DNA from: an uncultured Actinomycetota bacterium
Lineage (GTDB): Bacteria; Actinomycetota; Actinomycetes; CAVWCF01
Direction: 5' to 3'
DNA length: 64,000 bases
Assembly (NCBI GenBank): GCA_963753435.1
Contig: CAVWCF010000001.1
Span: 896,001-960,000 of the forward strand
The notes below the pieces were generated by a model, which was not told the origin of the DNA, searched no databases, and was given only the letters and a program-made list of their open reading frames with translations. Position numbers and translations under genes: made by a program. Position 1 is the stretch's first letter. Each line of letters begins with the position of its first letter. Positions 49,538 through 58,375 of the stretch are shown one piece after another.

Positions 49538-50425
49538 TCACCGATTGCGGTGGTCAAGCGGGGCGTAGCGCGGGCCGCGGCGCGGCGGATGCGGCGCAAA
49601 CAGCTCCAGCAATCGCGTCACCCGGTACCGATGTGGGCGAAACTCGGCAAGCAGTTCCAGCATCCGATCGTCATCGGCGGCAGTGTCGGCGGCCAACGCA
49701 TACGCGACCAGTTTGGGCAGATGAAAGTCACCGACACTGACTGCATCAGCATCACCACAAGCCCGTTGCCGCACCTCGGCCGAGGTCCAGGCCCCGAGGC
49801 CACGGATCGAGGTCAAGGCGATATCGAGTTGCTTGCTGTCAGTCGCGAAGCGCTGCAGGGAATCGGCCACGGCCGCCGCGCGCCGAAGCGTGTGCATTCG
49901 CTCCGGGCCGACACCGGCACGGTGGTATTCCCAGTCCGGGATGGCGTGCCACACAGCTGCCGGCGGTGGTGCAGTGAGGCCCTCGGGCGCGGGTCCGGGC
50001 GCCTGCTGGCCATGGCCGACGACGAGCGCCCTCCAACTTCGCCGTGACTCCAGTCCGGTGACCTTCTGCTCCAGGATCGCGGCGGCCAGCGCTTCCCAGA
50101 CGTGCCCGGTCGCTCCCACCCGCAGTCCACCGCTGGTTCGCCACGCCTGCGCCACGACGGGATGCTGCGGTTGAAAAGACTCGATCTCGTCGGTTCTGCC
50201 CAGGAGCGAATCGACCCGGTCGCGAACCCAAGCTGCTCCCGGTCCCCACTCCTTGGAGCTGACCGAGCCATCGGTTTCGGTGAGCAGTTGGGTGGCCGGT
50301 CCGGCCGGGGTCCACGTGGCACGCCAGTAGCCGGCGGCGTCGACCAGGACCGCCGGGTCCCACCGGCCGCGTCGATTGGGCGACAGCACCTGCTGCCAGC
50401 GCCCCGGCGCCTTCGGAGCGGTCAC
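49538..50425 (-). CDS. AlkA-like HhH-GPD DNA glycosylase family protein
   Basis: AILEQKVTG, HhH IRGLGAWT, GDADAVSVGDFHL. Confidence 0.88.
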   Translation of the reverse strand: MTAPKAPGRWQQVLSPNRRGRWDPAVLVDAAGYWRATWTPAGPATQLLTETDGSVSSKEWGPGAAWVRDRVDSLLGRTDEIESFQPQHPVVAQAWRTSGGLRVGATGHVWEALAAAILEQKVTGLESRRSWRALVVGHGQQAPGPAPEGLTAPPPAAVWHAIPDWEYHRAGVGPERMHTLRRAAAVADSLQRFATDSKQLDIALTSIRGLGAWTSAEVRQRACGDADAVSVGDFHLPKLVAYALAADTAADDDRMLELLAEFRPHRYRVTRLLELFAPHPPRRGPRYAPLDHRNR

Positions 50426-51357
50426 TGTGCTTGCCGTCGGCGCAACCAGAACAACCCGGCACCGGCGCCGAGCAGATCAGCGCCCGTGTGGACGAGGCGA
50501 CTGGCCACCACAACCAAGGCCACCGCACCTGCTGGCAACAGTGGCGCCAGCAGCGCGGCGAGGACCGCCTCGCGGGCCCCCAGCCCGGCCGGTGCGAAGA
50601 AGACGGTGACAGCCGCGAATACGAAACCTGCTGTCCAGGCCATGGCGAAGACCCCGGTCATCCGGGCGATCGGGGCGTCCGTAGCGAGCGGATCCACCAG
50701 AAACCACAACGAGGCGCCGTAGGCCGCCCAGGCGCCGAGCAGCCATGCGACACCACCGAGAAGTCCGGTCCAAGACGGCTGGCTCACCTGATCGGGTCGA
50801 AGTCCGCGCCGCTTCTCCCAAGCGCCAAGCAGGCGGCCAAGCACCCGTGGGTGGAGCAGCACAATCGCCAACGGGACGATCAGCAGGAACCAAGCGAACG
50901 AGGCGACCCCGTCGCCGACGATTGCCAAGAGTCCGACTCCGACGAGCGCACCCGTGCCGGCGTGGACCAGCACAAAGGACCCACTGACCGCGACTGCCTG
51001 CGCTGACGGGACCCCATACCGAGCTGACAGCGCGACTTGAGCCGCGTACGGCCACACGCTGCCGGGCACGTACTTGCCTGACTGCGCGACGAAGAACACG
51101 CTGGCGCTGTCGCGCCACGACAGCCGGCTGCCCAGGCCAGCAAGCAACTGCCGCCACGAGCCGAGGGTGCACAGCAGCCCCGCGGCCGCGAACACGAACG
51201 ACGCAACGAAACCGCCGACGCCGATTTCGGCTACGGCCTGCCTTGCCGCGTCCTGATCCTGCTGCAGCGCTCGCAGCAGGAACCAGACGACGGCGAGCAC
51301 ATAGGCGACACCCGCGATCCGAAGCACCCGCCGCCACACGGGAGCAGCATGTCCCAT
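50422..51357 (-). CDS. UPF0104/lysylphosphatidylglycerol-synthase TM domain (flippase-like) protein
   Basis: About 8 TMs, QSGKYVPGSVW, PAGLGARE, SRL. Start approximate. Confidence 0.85.
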   Translation of the reverse strand: MGHAAPVWRRVLRIAGVAYVLAVVWFLLRALQQDQDAARQAVAEIGVGGFVASFVFAAAGLLCTLGSWRQLLAGLGSRLSWRDSASVFFVAQSGKYVPGSVWPYAAQVALSARYGVPSAQAVAVSGSFVLVHAGTGALVGVGLLAIVGDGVASFAWFLLIVPLAIVLLHPRVLGRLLGAWEKRRGLRPDQVSQPSWTGLLGGVAWLLGAWAAYGASLWFLVDPLATDAPIARMTGVFAMAWTAGFVFAAVTVFFAPAGLGAREAVLAALLAPLLPAGAVALVVVASRLVHTGADLLGAGAGLFWLRRRQAQ

Positions 51358-51390
51358 GGCTACGGCGCTTCGGGCTGGCATGCTGCGGCG

Positions 51391-52155
51391 ATGGCCCAGA
51401 CCGTCGGCGAAAACGTTCGGCGCAGGTACGTGACGGCGATGCGGCACTTCCGCGACGCCGCTGAACGGACTGGTGTGCTTGAGCGACTGGACCGCGGCGG
51501 GCGCGGGGCAAAGCACGTTCGCAGCTTGTTCGCCATCCACGACGTGGCAGCAATGGTGGACTTGGACCTGCCCTGGTGGACCTATCGGGCCACCGCATTC
51601 GTCGAACGTTGGCTACAGGGTCGCAACGAGGCTCGGGTCTTCGAGTACGGATCCGGCGCCAGCACCGTCTGGCTGGCGCGACGGGCCCCCACTGTGTACT
51701 CGGTCGAGCACGATGCCGGGTTCGCGTCCGTGTTGCGGCCACTGCTGCCCGACCCGAGCGTGCTGATCCAGTGCGAGGCGCGCGCCGACCCAACCCCGCA
51801 GGTGCCGTCGCGGAAAGAGCCGAACCGGGAATTCTTCGAGTACGTCCACGCCATCGACGAGGTATCCGGGGACTTCGACTTGGTCGTCGTTGACGGGCGC
51901 GCCCGCATCGCCTGCGTCCAGATGGCGATGGGCCGCCTCAAGCCCGGTGGTCTGATCCTGCTCGACGACTCCTGGCGGCGGGAGTATCGAGAAGGCTTGG
52001 CACGACTGCCGCTGCAGGCACACCACCTGCCGGGCGCGGCACCGTGCCTCCCCTATCCCAGCGTCACGGCACTGCTGACCGCTGACTCAGCGCGGCCGGG
52101 AGCGCACGACCAGGTCGGCCAGCAGCGCCAAGGACCCGATGATGAGCGCCGATAG
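51391..52155 (+). CDS. Class I SAM-dependent methyltransferase
   Basis: LPWWTY, VFEYGSGAST, SVEHD, FDLVVVDGRAR, LKPGGLILLDD. CATGCT 6 nt before ATG 51391. Confidence 0.85.
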   Translation: MAQTVGENVRRRYVTAMRHFRDAAERTGVLERLDRGGRGAKHVRSLFAIHDVAAMVDLDLPWWTYRATAFVERWLQGRNEARVFEYGSGASTVWLARRAPTVYSVEHDAGFASVLRPLLPDPSVLIQCEARADPTPQVPSRKEPNREFFEYVHAIDEVSGDFDLVVVDGRARIACVQMAMGRLKPGGLILLDDSWRREYREGLARLPLQAHHLPGAAPCLPYPSVTALLTADSARPGAHDQVGQQRQGPDDERR

Positions 52156-52977
52156 GAACATCACGACAGTGTTGGCGGGCAGGTAGAACGGCTGATTGAA
52201 CTGGTCCCAGATCCCCTTGAAGGTCGCCACCGCCAGCAGCACCAGCGCGATCGGCATCAGTACCCGTAGCGGGTTGAAGTACATGATCATGCGCAAGACC
52301 TGCATGACGTAGCGATACGCGTCCTGGATCGGATGGAACTTCGAACTCCCACTCCGAGACCCGTAGTCGATCGAGATGTAGTCGATCTGCTGCTGATTTG
52401 AGAGGAACGCCAGGGTCAACGTTGTCACGCACGAGAAACCCGGCGGCAGCAGGTGCAGAAACGGCTCCGCTGTGCGCCGCCGAAAGGCCCGAAGCCCGGA
52501 GTTCAAATCGGGGATGTCCGTGTTGGTCAGGTACTCGGCGAGTCGGCGAACGAACCACTTCGCCGGCACGCGCAGCAGGCGCAACCGCCCTGCCTCCACG
52601 TTTCGATGACCAACCACCTGAGCCACATCTGGTTCGCCGAGCAGTCGCTCGACGAACTCCGGGATTCGGTCATTCGGATACGTCATGTCGGCGTCAGTCC
52701 AGACGACGATGTCCGAGCGCGCCTCTTGCGTGCCGATGCGTCGAGCGGTCCCGGAACCGCCATTCCGCGGAAAGGCGATGACTCGCACGGCCGGATGCCG
52801 GTCTGCCGCCTCGCGCAATCGCGCCAAGGTCGAATCGGTGGACTTGTCGTCGATCGCCAGCAACTCATACGAGTACCCACTGGCATCCATCGCCGCACAG
52901 ATTCGGTCGACCTCGGCGACCACGTGGCCTTCTTCGTTGAAGCACGGCAGGACGACTGTCACAAGCGGATCAGTCAC
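52087..52977 (-). CDS. GT2 glycosyltransferase, DPM-synthase/GtrB-like
   Basis: VVLPCFNEE, IDDKSTD, TDADMTY, DLNSGLR, two C-terminal TMs. GGAGG SD before GTG 52977. Confidence 0.92.
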   Translation of the reverse strand: MTDPLVTVVLPCFNEEGHVVAEVDRICAAMDASGYSYELLAIDDKSTDSTLARLREAADRHPAVRVIAFPRNGGSGTARRIGTQEARSDIVVWTDADMTYPNDRIPEFVERLLGEPDVAQVVGHRNVEAGRLRLLRVPAKWFVRRLAEYLTNTDIPDLNSGLRAFRRRTAEPFLHLLPPGFSCVTTLTLAFLSNQQQIDYISIDYGSRSGSSKFHPIQDAYRYVMQVLRMIMYFNPLRVLMPIALVLLAVATFKGIWDQFNQPFYLPANTVVMFLSALIIGSLALLADLVVRSRPR

Positions 52978-53008
52978 GGCTGAATCGGTCCCCTCCAGTT
53001 GGCCTACG

Positions 53009-54022
53009 TCAGATTCGAGACCCAGGTTCGGGCCGCGAATCCGCGGCGACCGTTTCGTCGTCGCCAACAGTGACACGTTCCAGGCTGGCCCCGGCGCCGA
53101 CGCGCGCGCGTTGGCCGATCGCACTGTCCAGCACGACAGCTTCGGCGCAGATGTGTGCGCCGTCGCGAAGCACCGAACCGCGGACGACAGCTCCCGATTC
53201 CACGACGGCATCCGCGCCGATGGTGCTGCCTCCCGTCACCACCGCCCCTGGTTCAACGACTGCGCCGGGTAGCAGGAGCGCGTCCCCCGGCGGCTGGGGC
53301 AGCGCGGGCGTGGGCAGAACTCCGGCTACGACATCCCGACAGCCGCGCACATAGTCCGCTGGGGTGCCCAGATCCAACCAGTCCGCCTCGTCGAGATAGC
53401 CCTGCAAGTGCTGCTCCGCGGCAAGTAAGCCCGGAAACGTCTCGCGCTCCACGGACACCACTCGGCCATGTGGAATCCGGGCGAGGACTGCTGCGGAGAG
53501 CACGTAGCAGCCCGCATTGATCTGGTCAGTAACCGGATCGGGATCCTTCTCGAGGAAGGCCAGCACTCGACCCGCGGCGTCCGTCGGTACGCAGCCGAAC
53601 GCGCGCGGATCCGCGACGCGAACCAGGTGCAGCGTGGCGCTGGCGCCACTGGCACGGTGCACCTCCAACTGCCGAACGAGATCATGACCGGACAGCACAT
53701 CGCCGTTGAGCACCACCACGTCATCGGTGCCACTCAGCTCATCTGCAGCATGGCGAATGGCGCCGCCGGTGCCGAGCGGCTCCGACTCGACCGCATAGGA
53801 CAACTGCAAGCCGAAAGCGCTGCCATCACCGAGAGTGCGAAAAGTCTCGGCCCGGTAGGAGGTGGCGAGCACGATCCGCCGTACACCGGCGGCGGCCAGC
53901 TTGCGAATCTGGTGTTCGACCAGAGGCACGCCGGCTACCGGGAGCATCGGCTTCGGCGTGTTGTTGGTCAACGGCCGCAGTCTGGTTCCTTGACCGCCAA
54001 CGAGGATGATCGCCTCAGTCAC
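53009..54022 (-). CDS. Mannose-1-phosphate guanylyltransferase-like NDP-sugar synthase
   Basis: LVGGQGTRLRPLT..TPKPML, PLGTGGAI, NGD, FLEK, SVERETFP, hexapeptide-repeat tail. Confidence 0.92.
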   Translation of the reverse strand: MTEAIILVGGQGTRLRPLTNNTPKPMLPVAGVPLVEHQIRKLAAAGVRRIVLATSYRAETFRTLGDGSAFGLQLSYAVESEPLGTGGAIRHAADELSGTDDVVVLNGDVLSGHDLVRQLEVHRASGASATLHLVRVADPRAFGCVPTDAAGRVLAFLEKDPDPVTDQINAGCYVLSAAVLARIPHGRVVSVERETFPGLLAAEQHLQGYLDEADWLDLGTPADYVRGCRDVVAGVLPTPALPQPPGDALLLPGAVVEPGAVVTGGSTIGADAVVESGAVVRGSVLRDGAHICAEAVVLDSAIGQRARVGAGASLERVTVGDDETVAADSRPEPGSRI

Positions 54023-54044
54023 GCCCGGACCATAGTCTGCGTGG
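54023..54044. promoter_or_regulatory. Overlapping bidirectional -10 pair driving two leaderless genes
   Basis: TATGGT (minus, 54034-54029) and TAGTCT (plus, 54033-54038) share the TA. Each is 6 nt from a start codon. Confidence 0.7.
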
Positions 54045-54728
54045 ATGCCGACACTGCTGGATGCGCTGGACGATCTCGTCTCGGCCGACGCAGCCAGGCC
54101 GCTGTTGACCTGGTACCGCGACGGGGCCCGGGTGGAACTGTCGGGGGCCACCGTGGCCAACTGGGTCGCCAAGACGGCGGGGCTACTGGAGAACGAGCTA
54201 CTCATCGGGCCCGGCTGCACGGTTCGGGTTCTTCCGGGACAGCACTGGCTGTCGCTGGTGGTCCCGCTTGCTGTTTGGCGCGTAGGCGCCGCCCTCGTCG
54301 ATGCTGGGCCGGCGGACCTGTTGGTGTCCGAACAAGTGGACGAGGACATCGATGCCGCGGAGTTCCTGATGCTGCCCAGCGACCCGTTCGGTCTGTCCCG
54401 CGCCGCGGTACCGCCCCCGTGGCAACTCTTCAGCGAGTTGGTTCAGGCCCAACCCGATCGCTACACCGCGCCACTACCCGGCGGTCCGCAGTTGGCGATC
54501 GCGTCCGCGCCCCAGTTGACTCACGAGCAGCTGATCGACCGGGCCCACGCCGACGCGGCGGCCGTTTCGCTGCCGAGCGAAGGCCGGTTGCTGCTGGTCA
54601 CCACAACCAAGTCCGCAGACCCCCTGCGGCTCTGGTGCGCAACCATCTCGGTGTCCGGCTCGATGATCCTCGCCGCGGAGTTGACCGAAGGGCTCGCGGC
54701 TGAGAAGGCCGACGTAACGATCAGTTGA
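54045..54728 (+). CDS. TIGR03089 family protein (truncated AMP-binding-like)
   Basis: RPLLTWY..GARVELSGATVANWVAKTAGLL, HW, QPD. Confidence 0.88.
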   Translation: MPTLLDALDDLVSADAARPLLTWYRDGARVELSGATVANWVAKTAGLLENELLIGPGCTVRVLPGQHWLSLVVPLAVWRVGAALVDAGPADLLVSEQVDEDIDAAEFLMLPSDPFGLSRAAVPPPWQLFSELVQAQPDRYTAPLPGGPQLAIASAPQLTHEQLIDRAHADAAAVSLPSEGRLLLVTTTKSADPLRLWCATISVSGSMILAAELTEGLAAEKADVTIS

Positions 54729-56220
54729 CGTGGGTGGCGGCCTGCCGAGCCACCGCGTCCGGCACGGCAGCGGGACCACCGACGATCGTGATCAGGTCAA
54801 CGGTCGGAGTCGCGTCCAACCATGCGCCAACAGCGGCGGAGAGCACGGATGTGCCCGTCAACAGCACCGGCTGACCAAGAGCGCCACCCGGCAGCGCATC
54901 CACCACGTTCGCGGATGCCGCTGAGGCCAGAACCACTTCTTCGGCGTCGTCGCGGAACCGATCCGCCACCGCAACCGACAGGCCCGGCAGGTCTGCGACG
55001 TGGATCCGTTCTCCACCTGGCAGCGACGCGACCACGCCGTCGGTCAGTGGCGAAGCGAAGGAGACCGCAAAAGCCTGCGACACGCCGATCTGGGCCATCG
55101 CTTGAGCAGTGGTGGCCGGGACGTAGTCCGCTCGGGTCAGCAGGATCGGGGCCCTAATTGCCGCTGCCACCCCGCCGACCATCAGCGAAGTCGGGAGTTG
55201 GCTGTCCCAGAAGGGCGTGACGAATGCCTGGGGGGCTCCCCCGTTGATCTGGGCCAGTTCGCGGGCGATCTGCTCGGCGGTGACGAACCGATCCGCGCCG
55301 GCCAGTCGGGTCACGGCGATCCCCTCGCTCACCAGTTGGGCCTCGACGGCGGCGCCAACGGCGGCCGGACCCCCAAGCACGTAGGCCTGGTTGGCGGAGC
55401 GCCGTCGTAGTTCGGTGAGTGTCGCCGCGGGGATGCTGTCACCGCGGACGAGCAGCACGGGTGCGTCCGCCGAGGCCGCCAGCGGCGCTCCTACCAGCCC
55501 GTCGACCAAATGCCCCTGCTCTCCGGACGCGATGACGACAGTTCGCTGGTTGGGCCTGGTCTCCTTGGCGATCGCAGCCGCAGTCGCGTACCGGTCCGAA
55601 CCCCAAAGGCGGCGCACGTTGCAGCCGTCGGCACCGGGCAGGCAGCCACCGCCCGTGAAGAAGCTGGTCTCCCCCCGGGCTCCGGGCCAGGAGAACGAGA
55701 TGTGGATGTGATCGGTGTGTGGGCTCGAACCGGTGTAGGTGCGCCAAGGCTTGGCCGGGTCGGAGTCGTAGGCGCGCCACATGCGACCGTTCCAAATGAC
55801 ATACATGACGCCCATCCGCCGCGCCATCGCATGTTGGTTTCCGTGTGCGTCTGTGGCCAACAGCCAAGCCAGGAAGTCCTCAGCGACGGCCCGTTGGGCG
55901 GAGTTGCCGGCGTTCAGCATCCAGTCGAGCGCGCGACCCTCTTCATGGCCACTCGTGGTCGCGGAACTGCAGGACCGCAGCGTCCCGTAGCTGGTGTAGG
56001 TCGGATACGCCGTACGCAACAAGCTGATCGTCGCCGTGACGCCAGGCTGCACCGTGCTGGAGCACCCGGTTCCCTCGGTGGAGTCCCAGCCGGAGTACCC
56101 CTCAATCCACGGACCGAAGTCAGTCGTCACCACCGGTGCTGCCGTAGCCGGCACCGAAGGCAGGAGGAGGCCCGTCGCTGCGAGCGCAACCGCTAGGGCG
56201 ACGCGGATCAACGAGGGCAT
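54721..56220 (-). CDS. Secreted LAS/M15-like Zn peptidase with CWB2 repeats
   Basis: Signal peptide from ATG 56220. H-x6-D (HEEGRALD) and HxH (HTDHIHIS). CWB2 repeats RLWGSDRYATA and RLAGADRFVTA plus a degenerate third. Confidence 0.85.
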   Translation of the reverse strand: MPSLIRVALAVALAATGLLLPSVPATAAPVVTTDFGPWIEGYSGWDSTEGTGCSSTVQPGVTATISLLRTAYPTYTSYGTLRSCSSATTSGHEEGRALDWMLNAGNSAQRAVAEDFLAWLLATDAHGNQHAMARRMGVMYVIWNGRMWRAYDSDPAKPWRTYTGSSPHTDHIHISFSWPGARGETSFFTGGGCLPGADGCNVRRLWGSDRYATAAAIAKETRPNQRTVVIASGEQGHLVDGLVGAPLAASADAPVLLVRGDSIPAATLTELRRRSANQAYVLGGPAAVGAAVEAQLVSEGIAVTRLAGADRFVTAEQIARELAQINGGAPQAFVTPFWDSQLPTSLMVGGVAAAIRAPILLTRADYVPATTAQAMAQIGVSQAFAVSFASPLTDGVVASLPGGERIHVADLPGLSVAVADRFRDDAEEVVLASAASANVVDALPGGALGQPVLLTGTSVLSAAVGAWLDATPTVDLITIVGGPAAVPDAVARQAATHVN

Positions 56221-56263
56221 AACGCTGTCAGTCGGCACCGGTCCATGGGCACTTGAGCGCCCA

Positions 56264-58375
56264 TTAGGCGCGCATCGCCGCCAGCAGGGCCGCATCTGAG
56301 ACGGGAGCCTTGGCGCCTACGGCCACGACCTCCTGGACTCCCGGCGTCGTCTGCAACCACACCGAGGCCGCCCCCGGCAGACCACCGGGCTGAGTCAGCA
56401 GCACCAGTCGTCCCCACGCCCCCGCGGGAAGGGCGTCCACCAGGTGGGCGTCGACACCGGCAGCCAGCAACACCGGGGTCGTCGGAACAACGGAACGGAA
56501 CGCGCGGGCCACTTCCGAGGCGGTCTCAAACCGGTTCGCGCCGTTGGCCCGCCACGCCTTCGGCAACTGCGCCGCCACTGCAGTTCCGACCTGAGCGGTT
56601 CCGCCGACGATGGTGGCCGCAACCGGGCGGATCACATCCAAGACCTGACGCGTCGGCGTCGGAACCCCGTCGCGCGTTACCAACAGGATGGGACGACCGG
56701 AGCCAGCAGCCGCGCCGCCGGCCCCCAGCGCATCCGCCAAGGCCGTGCCGTTGACAACAAGTACCGGTCGGCCCTCGGGCACGCCCATCGCCCGAGCCAC
56801 TGCCGCAGCGGTCTCGTACCGATCGGCACCGGCCAACCGCACCACCTTGGTGACGCCAGCCGCGGTAAGCCCGGCCACCACGGCATCGCTCAGTGCGCCG
56901 GTGCTCCCGATGACATAGGCGGTGCGCGCCCCGCGCCGCTTGAGCTCGGACACTGTGACCGACGGCAAACCGCCCGCACGGGCCAGCAGCAGCGGCGCGC
57001 CTAGAGATTTCGCCAATGGCGCCGCGACCATGCCGTCGACCAGGTGCTCGGTCTCCCCGGAGGCGATGACCACCGTGGCTCCGGTGGGTACAGCCGCCTT
57101 GGCAACAGCCACCGCGGTGGCGTACCGGTCCGCCCCGGCGACCCGGTCGCCCTGGCGCAACACCCACGTGGAGGGCAGCCCCAATGATGTGCGCAGCTTC
57201 TCGCCGGTGATGCTCGCCGCCTTGCCGCTGGCCGACCATGCGGTCGCCCTCTTGACTCCGCCGCCGACGGTTCGGACGGACAGGTCCAGCCGGACTACAT
57301 CCGGCAGTCCGAACGCGGCCGCCATCTTGGCCTGGCTGATTGATCGCGACCAGGCCCGGTATGGGTTGGATGACTCGGTTGCCCCAGGGTCTGCGACGCT
57401 GCGCAGGTAGGGCAACGCCGAGGACCAGACCTCTTCACTGTTCTGGGTGCGGCCGCCGCTGGAGGAGTAGTAGTAGGCGCTCACCGGCTTGCCGCCGTAG
57501 GCCACCACCTTGCCGGTAGTCGACCCCGTTGACGTGGCGTTCACCGCCGCGGTCCAAGCGCTGCCGTACGAGCCCGATTGCTTTGACCACCCGACGTAGA
57601 CCTGGTCACTCGTCCCGTCGTAAAGGTGACAAGCGCAGGCCGAGCGGACGCCGGCGTTGTACTTGAGCACTGCGAAGGAACGCGCTGCGATCACCTGAGC
57701 CTGCAGAGCTGCGGCCGGCCAGGAGGAGGGCATCTCACCCAATCCGTACAGGTACTCGTCGCCGAGACGGAGGTTCACGACCACCTCGAGCTTGCCGCCA
57801 ACCACCTGCGCGGTGACGAACCCATGGCGATACGTCGTGCCGTTGACGCTAATCAAGCTGGCGATGTCGCCGGTCGAGCCCGGGTAGCGGGTGCCGCCCC
57901 AGAGGAAGGTCACCTTGGCGCCGCTGCGGACCGTGCCGCCGTTGCGCTTGAGGACGACCGAGGAACCGCTAGGAGCGATCGTCCACGTGTCAGCGGCCGC
58001 CCCGACCATCCCCCAGGTGCCATCAACGCCCACGTGGATCTTGCCGCCGCCACTGGCCAGCGGTACCCCCTTGAGGGTCGCGGCCGAGGCCGCATGCAGG
58101 ACGTTCACCCGCACAGTCATGTCGTCGCGCGCGGGCGCAGCGACAGCGCCGGTGTAGTAGTGGGCGACGATCTGGTCGGCGGACTTGCCAGCGGCAGCGA
58201 ACGCCTTTGCCCCGTACTGCGACATGCCGACGCCGTGGCCGAAACCGGAGCCGTAGAGCGTGAATGTCGAAGGGGCACTGCCCGCTTGTGCGGCGGGAAC
58301 CAGGAGTCCGGTGACCGACAGCGCCGTAACCGCCGCCAGCGCCCAGCCGGCCTTGATCGCGCGCGAGCCGATCAT
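56264..58375 (-). CDS. SpoIID/LytB lytic transglycosylase with 3 CWB2 repeats
   Basis: Signal peptide, GHGVGMSQYGA, GEMPSSW..AALQAQ..AARS, DQVY, YYSSSGG. CWB2 repeats GADRYATA, GADRYETA, GANRFETA. Confidence 0.92.
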   Translation of the reverse strand: MIGSRAIKAGWALAAVTALSVTGLLVPAAQAGSAPSTFTLYGSGFGHGVGMSQYGAKAFAAAGKSADQIVAHYYTGAVAAPARDDMTVRVNVLHAASAATLKGVPLASGGGKIHVGVDGTWGMVGAAADTWTIAPSGSSVVLKRNGGTVRSGAKVTFLWGGTRYPGSTGDIASLISVNGTTYRHGFVTAQVVGGKLEVVVNLRLGDEYLYGLGEMPSSWPAAALQAQVIAARSFAVLKYNAGVRSACACHLYDGTSDQVYVGWSKQSGSYGSAWTAAVNATSTGSTTGKVVAYGGKPVSAYYYSSSGGRTQNSEEVWSSALPYLRSVADPGATESSNPYRAWSRSISQAKMAAAFGLPDVVRLDLSVRTVGGGVKRATAWSASGKAASITGEKLRTSLGLPSTWVLRQGDRVAGADRYATAVAVAKAAVPTGATVVIASGETEHLVDGMVAAPLAKSLGAPLLLARAGGLPSVTVSELKRRGARTAYVIGSTGALSDAVVAGLTAAGVTKVVRLAGADRYETAAAVARAMGVPEGRPVLVVNGTALADALGAGGAAAGSGRPILLVTRDGVPTPTRQVLDVIRPVAATIVGGTAQVGTAVAAQLPKAWRANGANRFETASEVARAFRSVVPTTPVLLAAGVDAHLVDALPAGAWGRLVLLTQPGGLPGAASVWLQTTPGVQEVVAVGAKAPVSDAALLAAMRA

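Noticed and set aside
1208-50425. SRAP, YcaQ-like and AlkA-like genes as one DNA-repair system
   Set aside because: They are about 24 kb apart, and no LexA or PafBC-type motif was recognised upstream of them.
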